From IMG/VR virus record IMGVR_UViG_2654587571_000016: a stretch of DNA of 11,400 bases; one strand, given 5' to 3'. Shown piece by piece: positions 8,509-11,400 of this stretch (positions are counted from its first letter, which is position 1; each line of letters opens with the position of its first letter). The position numbers and the translations under genes are program-made. The DNA comes from a virus. Lineage: Duplodnaviria > Heunggongvirae > Uroviricota > Caudoviricetes. The notes under the pieces are model-generated. The model worked only from the letters and a program-made list of their open reading frames with translations, was not told where the DNA came from and did not search any database.

Positions 8509-8738
8509 ATGTTTACATGCTGTTAGAAAAAGCGGGCTGAACAATCATTTCGGGATTGTAACAGATAAGATGGCACTGCCCGCTTGCTTCCCGATATGCA
8601 CCTCAGCCAATAAACTTATGTAAGCAACCGATTTCCATTTATGCGGAGGTTATCAAAGTTGTTGGAGTTGCGAACTTCCGCTCTTCGCACAAAGCGTACC
8701 GCTAGGTTTGATTGTATTCTGGCTGCGCAAACTGTCAG

Positions 8739-8767
8739 TTGGAGTCTGAGCTATTACAACTTAGAAT
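8739..8767 (+). promoter_or_regulatory. Candidate sigma70 promoter for the ogr-like gene
   Basis: TTGGAG (8739-8744), 17-nt spacer, TAGAAT (8762-8767); about 30 nt upstream of ATG 8798. Confidence 0.25.
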
Positions 8768-8797
8768 AGCGGCAGCACCACGTTAAGGGAGGTCGCT

Positions 8798-9058
8798 ATG
8801 TTCCGTTGTCCGCTTTGTGGCGCATCTGCCCGAATCCGCACCAGTCGTCCGGAAAACGATTCAAACACTGTGCGGCAAAAGTATTACCAGTGTAACAACC
8901 TGGAATGCGGCGTATGCTTCTCAACACTGGAAGCTTTCCATAAATTCACATCAAAACACGCCTCCGGCGTTCACTCTTCGGAAGGTATCCCGTGGCATGA
9001 GCTGCCAGCTTCACACAGGGGAAACAATCAGATGAGTTTGCCTTTACCTCAGAATTAA
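8798..9058 (+). CDS. ogr: Ogr/Delta-family zinc-finger late transcription activator (P2 Ogr-like, with C-terminal extension)
   Basis: MFRCPLCGASARIRTSR...YYQCNNLEC: the CxxC...CxxxxC zinc-finger layout and MF.CPLC start of Ogr/Delta; strong Shine-Dalgarno (AAGGGAGG); 86 aa against about 72 aa for P2 Ogr. Confidence 0.8.
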   Translation: MFRCPLCGASARIRTSRPENDSNTVRQKYYQCNNLECGVCFSTLEAFHKFTSKHASGVHSSEGIPWHELPASHRGNNQMSLPLPQN

Positions 9059-9067
9059 CAGGCAGAA

Positions 9068-9096
9068 TTGCCGGAGTAACAAAAAAACGATAGATT
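9068..9096 (+). promoter_or_regulatory. Candidate promoter for the hok mRNA (long structured leader expected)
   Basis: TTGCCG (9068-9073), 17-nt spacer, TAGATT (9091-9096), about 150 nt upstream of the hok ATG, in line with the long leaders of hok-family mRNAs. Confidence 0.2.
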
Positions 9097-9248
9097 ACCC
9101 GCGGGTGCCTTTCGGCTGATGGTCGGAGGAATACCCGAAGGCCGGATGTGGAAAGGCCCCGGAAAACATTTCTGTTTAACCGAGGCCCTAACATATCTAC
9201 CTTAAGCAAGTGATAGGTTAGCGCCTCTCCAACAAAGGAGCAAGCGCT

Positions 9249-9389
9249 ATGTCGCAAAAATCGCTTACAGCCATCACGTTCTGCGTGACGGTAATCCTCA
9301 TCATCTGGATGCTACACGGTTCGCTGTGTGAAATACGGATGAGCTTCTGGGGAGCGGAGTTTGCGGCGTTCTTACAGTGTAAGCAGTAA
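9249..9389 (+). CDS. hok: Hok/Gef-family type I toxin (46 aa membrane peptide)
   Basis: MSQKSLTAITFCVTVILIIWMLHGSLCEIRMSFWGAEFAAFLQCKQ: hydrophobic N-terminal helix followed by the conserved SLCEIR...AAF(L/M) motif shared with HokA/HokC as I recall them; AAAGGAG Shine-Dalgarno 8 nt upstream; missed by the 60-aa ORF track. Confidence 0.8.
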   Translation: MSQKSLTAITFCVTVILIIWMLHGSLCEIRMSFWGAEFAAFLQCKQ

Positions 9390-9398
9390 GGAAACCGC

Positions 9399-9420
9399 GA
9401 CGGGGGAGCAATCCCCCGTC
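9399..9420 (+). other. GC-rich perfect hairpin in the hok 3' UTR (possible mRNA stability or fold-back element)
   Basis: gacggggga-gcaa-tcccccgtc: 9-bp perfect stem, 4-nt loop, no U-run after it. Confidence 0.4.
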
Positions 9421-9475
9421 AATCGGTTGCTAAGGTTGGCTGAAGTGGCACCCTATCTCACAGACATGAACAACA

Positions 9476-9509
9476 AACCCGCAGCGTAAGAACTGCGGGT
9501 TTTCTTTTT
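9476..9509 (+). terminator. Intrinsic terminator of the hok transcript (possibly bidirectional)
   Basis: cccgcag-cgtaagaa-ctgcggg followed by TTTTCTTTTT. Confidence 0.6.
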
Positions 9510-9577
9510 GGAACAATCACTAGCTAGTGTACCGTTAACGGCACATAATGCTCGCACAACAAACCTGTTAAAAGAGA

Positions 9578-9859
9578 TTACTCAGCATTCTCCTGCTTCC
9601 ATTGCCGGATCATTTCATCGGTAACATCACCCTCATAACATACCACGTCATACCCTCCATTACGGCTATATGCACTGCGTCCACCACATCTACTACCATT
9701 CCTTGCATGATTATAAGGACACGCACAATTGCCTGGATAAGATTCAATGGATTCTTTAATTATTTCTTTTTTGATCTGAGCATCAGACTTTCCTGTTGCT
9801 GCATATCCACTAAAAGATACTAAACAAAGGCAGATTGCCATTAATAAACCACATCGCAT
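9578..9859 (-). CDS. Small secreted cysteine-rich protein of unknown function (about 93 aa, predicted signal peptide)
   Basis: Taking ATG 9859 gives MRCGLLMAICLCLVSFSGYA|ATG..., a signal-peptide-like N-terminus; mature part holds 5 Cys (..PGNCACPYNHARNGSRCGGRSAYSRNGGYDVVCYEGD..). The longest ORF runs to 9973 (TTG/ATG) but that extension is non-hydrophobic and lacks a Shine-Dalgarno. Confidence 0.5.
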   Translation of the reverse strand: MRCGLLMAICLCLVSFSGYAATGKSDAQIKKEIIKESIESYPGNCACPYNHARNGSRCGGRSAYSRNGGYDVVCYEGDVTDEMIRQWKQENAE

Positions 9860-10140
9860 ACCGATACACTCTATTACTAACCAATCATAGCCCACATCAT
9901 AAAATCGAGATGAGGAGTACAATACCTTTAACAAGAAGGTGTCATAACGATAATATGTCGTGCAATTCATCAAAAAAAAGATCTATATCAAAGAGATAGA
10001 ACTCTTATCAGTGCTTCAGACATCGGCATTCGAGGCAGCAGAAAAACAGTAAATCTGACGAATTTGCCTTTTCCCAAGATGTTGTCAGATTAAAAAGATA
10101 GATTAGCGCAGGTACCTGTTGGTGGATTGCAGGAGGAAAA

Positions 10141-10245
10141 ATGAAGTCGAGTGAAAAAATCCCAGAAAAATTTTTGTTTAACAGAGGTCCTGGTTCACTA
10201 TGCGAAATACGGAGGAGCTGCAGAAGAATTCTGCTTCATCCTTAG
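10141..10245 (+). pseudogene. Decayed hok-like paralog (34-codon ORF retaining the SLCEIR motif but lacking the transmembrane segment)
   Basis: MKSSEKIPEKFLFNRGPGSLCEIRRSCRRILLHP; DNA homology to the intact hok both in the coding region (ggttcactatgcgaaatacgga vs ggttcgctgtgtgaaatacgga) and upstream (gatagattagcgca vs gataggttagcgcc); AGGAGG Shine-Dalgarno retained. Confidence 0.4.
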
Positions 10246-10329
10246 AGTTTAAACAGCACGTGCACTACCATTGTTTCTGCATATCGCCACACCATCGCCA
10301 CTCTACCGCCATTGCACAAAATACAAATA

Positions 10330-10355
10330 CGAAAAAACCACCCGAAGGTGGTTTC
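10330..10355 (-). terminator. Intrinsic terminator of the glyW-cysT-leuZ tRNA operon
   Basis: On the minus strand: aaaccacc-ttcg-ggtggttt hairpin followed by a TTTTTT run, about 40 nt after the leuZ 3' end. Confidence 0.6.
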
Positions 10356-10397
10356 ACGACACTGCTTATTGCTTTGATTTTATTCTTATCTTTCCCA

Positions 10398-10484
10398 TGG
10401 TACCCGGAGCGGGACTTGAACCCGCACAGCGCGAACGCCGAGGGATTTTAAATCCCTTGTGTCTACCGATTCCACCATCCGGGC
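10398..10484 (-). tRNA. leuZ: tRNA-Leu (anticodon UAA)
   Basis: The reverse complement matches E. coli tRNA-Leu(UAA) as I recall it (GCCCGGATGGTGGAATCGGTAGACACAAGGGATTTAAAATCCC...GGGTACCA), 87 nt including CCA. Confidence 0.95.
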
Positions 10485-10496
10485 TCGGGAAGAAAG

Positions 10497-10570
10497 TGGA
10501 GGCGCGTTCCGGAGTCGAACCGGACTAGACGGATTTGCAATCCGCTACATAACCGCTTTGTTAACGCGCC
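10497..10570 (-). tRNA. cysT: tRNA-Cys (anticodon GCA)
   Basis: The reverse complement matches E. coli tRNA-Cys as I recall it (GGCGCGTTAACAAAGCGGTTATGTAGCGGATTGCAAATCCG...CTCCA), 74 nt. Confidence 0.95.
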
Positions 10571-10624
10571 AAATTCTTCAGGCCTTTCAGCCAGACATCC
10601 GCTTGACGCCGATGTCTTTTAAAC

Positions 10625-10700
<76 letters not shown>

Positions 10701-10773
10701 ATTCATCAAGCAATCAGTTAATCACTTGATTTTATTATCGTCTGGCAATCAGTGCCGCCGTTCGATGCGTTGC

Positions 10774-10801
10774 ATTCTACTTACCTGGCGCGATGAGTCA
10801 A
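10774..10801 (-). promoter_or_regulatory. Candidate sigma70 promoter of the tRNA operon
   Basis: On the minus strand: TTGACT (10796-10801), 16-nt spacer, TAGAAT (10774-10779), with an AT-rich UP-like stretch further upstream; about 70 nt upstream of the glyW 5' end. Confidence 0.35.
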
Positions 10802-10851
10802 CGATATTTTTCACCACTTTTGATCGTTTGCTGAAAATTACGCCGAAACGA

Positions 10852-11400
10852 TCACTGATCAAGCAAATCTGCACGCGCAGCGCTCAAATATTGCAACATT
10901 GACCACAGAGTCAGTACCGCAGCCACAAAGAAAAGTGCAATACCGGCGTACTCAACCCAAATGTTCGGACGCCACAGCAGCCATGCCAACGCCACCATCT
11001 GGGCAGTGGTTTTCACTTTCCCAATCCAGGAGACGGCCACGCTACTGCGTTTACCCAACTCCGCCATCCATTCGCGTAGCGCAGAAATAATAATTTCACG
11101 GGCGATCATCGTTGCCGCCGGTAATGTCACCCACCAGCTGTGATAATGCTCGGTTACCAGCACCATGGCGATAGCCACGAGAACTTTATCTGCCACAGGG
11201 TCAAGGAAAGCACCAAACCGGGTACTCTGGTTCCAGCGGCGTGCCAGAAAACCATCGAACCAGTCAGTCACCGCCGCGACGCAGAAAATGAGCGCGGCGG
11301 CAAACGGCGACCAGGTGACAGGCAGATAAAAGACCAATACAAAGAATGGGATAAGGATGACACGGAACAGTGTAAGCAACGTAGGGATATTAAATTGCAT
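10852..11400 (-). CDS. pgsA: CDP-diacylglycerol--glycerol-3-phosphate 3-phosphatidyltransferase (phosphatidylglycerophosphate synthase)
   Basis: 182-aa [33 protein letters not shown]... with the CDP-alcohol phosphotransferase motif (DGFLAR..G..LDPVADK); the start codon is the last three bases of the window. Confidence 0.95.

Larger units (their letters stand above)
1..10329. mobile_element. Defective P2-family prophage remnant / genomic island next to the leuZ tRNA; right boundary only approximate, left end lies outside the window
   Basis: Co-linear P2-like tail genes (R,S,V,W,J,I,H,G), gpU-like gene, Ogr/Delta activator and hok locus; sharp low-GC cargo segments; canonical pgsA-glyW-cysT-leuZ core to the right. 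No integrase or att repeat identified. Confidence 0.6.

Noticed and set aside
9119-9240. Short + strand ORF starting at ATG 9119 or 9146 in the hok leader, considered as a mok-like frame
   Set aside because: It terminates before the hok start and does not overlap hok as a mok frame does in the plasmid R1 hok/sok system; a mok equivalent could not be confirmed by eye, so it is not annotated.
8817-9257. ORF 8817..9035 (+, alternative frame inside ogr) and ORF 8946..9257 (-)
   Set aside because: The ogr frame has the zinc-finger motif and a strong Shine-Dalgarno; the others overlap it or the hok leader and lack support.
9602-9823. ORF 9602..9823 (+) antisense to the cysteine-rich protein gene
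   Set aside because: Shadow ORF; the minus-strand product has a signal peptide and an ordered Cys pattern.
10218-10232. Adjacent PstI (CTGCAG) and EcoRI (GAATTC) sites, considered as a possible cloning scar or engineered junction
   Set aside because: Two 6-bp sites can co-occur by chance; the flanking sequence is natural-looking and homologous to the intact hok copy; no vector-like sequence nearby.
10899-11143. ORFs 10899..11090 and 10961..11143 (+) inside pgsA
   Set aside because: Antisense to a complete, highly conserved pgsA.

Overview
This window looks like an Escherichia/Shigella-type chromosome junction. The right end carries a complete pgsA (minus strand) and the glyW-cysT-leuZ tRNA operon (minus strand) with a candidate promoter and intrinsic terminator. 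Everything left of about 10.3 kb reads as a horizontally acquired island built around a defective P2-family prophage. It contains a tightly packed, translationally coupled baseplate and tail-fiber operon on the + strand (homologs of P2 R, S, V, W, J, I, H, G), preceded by a 5'-truncated ORF of unknown function. Downstream are a low-GC cargo gene for a WcaB/CysE-type hexapeptide acetyltransferase, an orphan inverted gpU-like tail gene, an Ogr/Delta-type zinc-finger activator, an intact hok-family type I toxin locus plus a decayed second hok copy, and a small cysteine-rich secreted protein. No integrase, sheath, tube, tape measure, capsid or replication genes, CRISPR array or rRNA is visible. 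All protein assignments rest on reading the supplied translations against remembered family signatures and P2 gene order and sizes; no database search was run. The most likely place for an undescribed function is the cargo region between the tail-fiber chaperone gene and the tRNA operon (6.9-10.3 kb).
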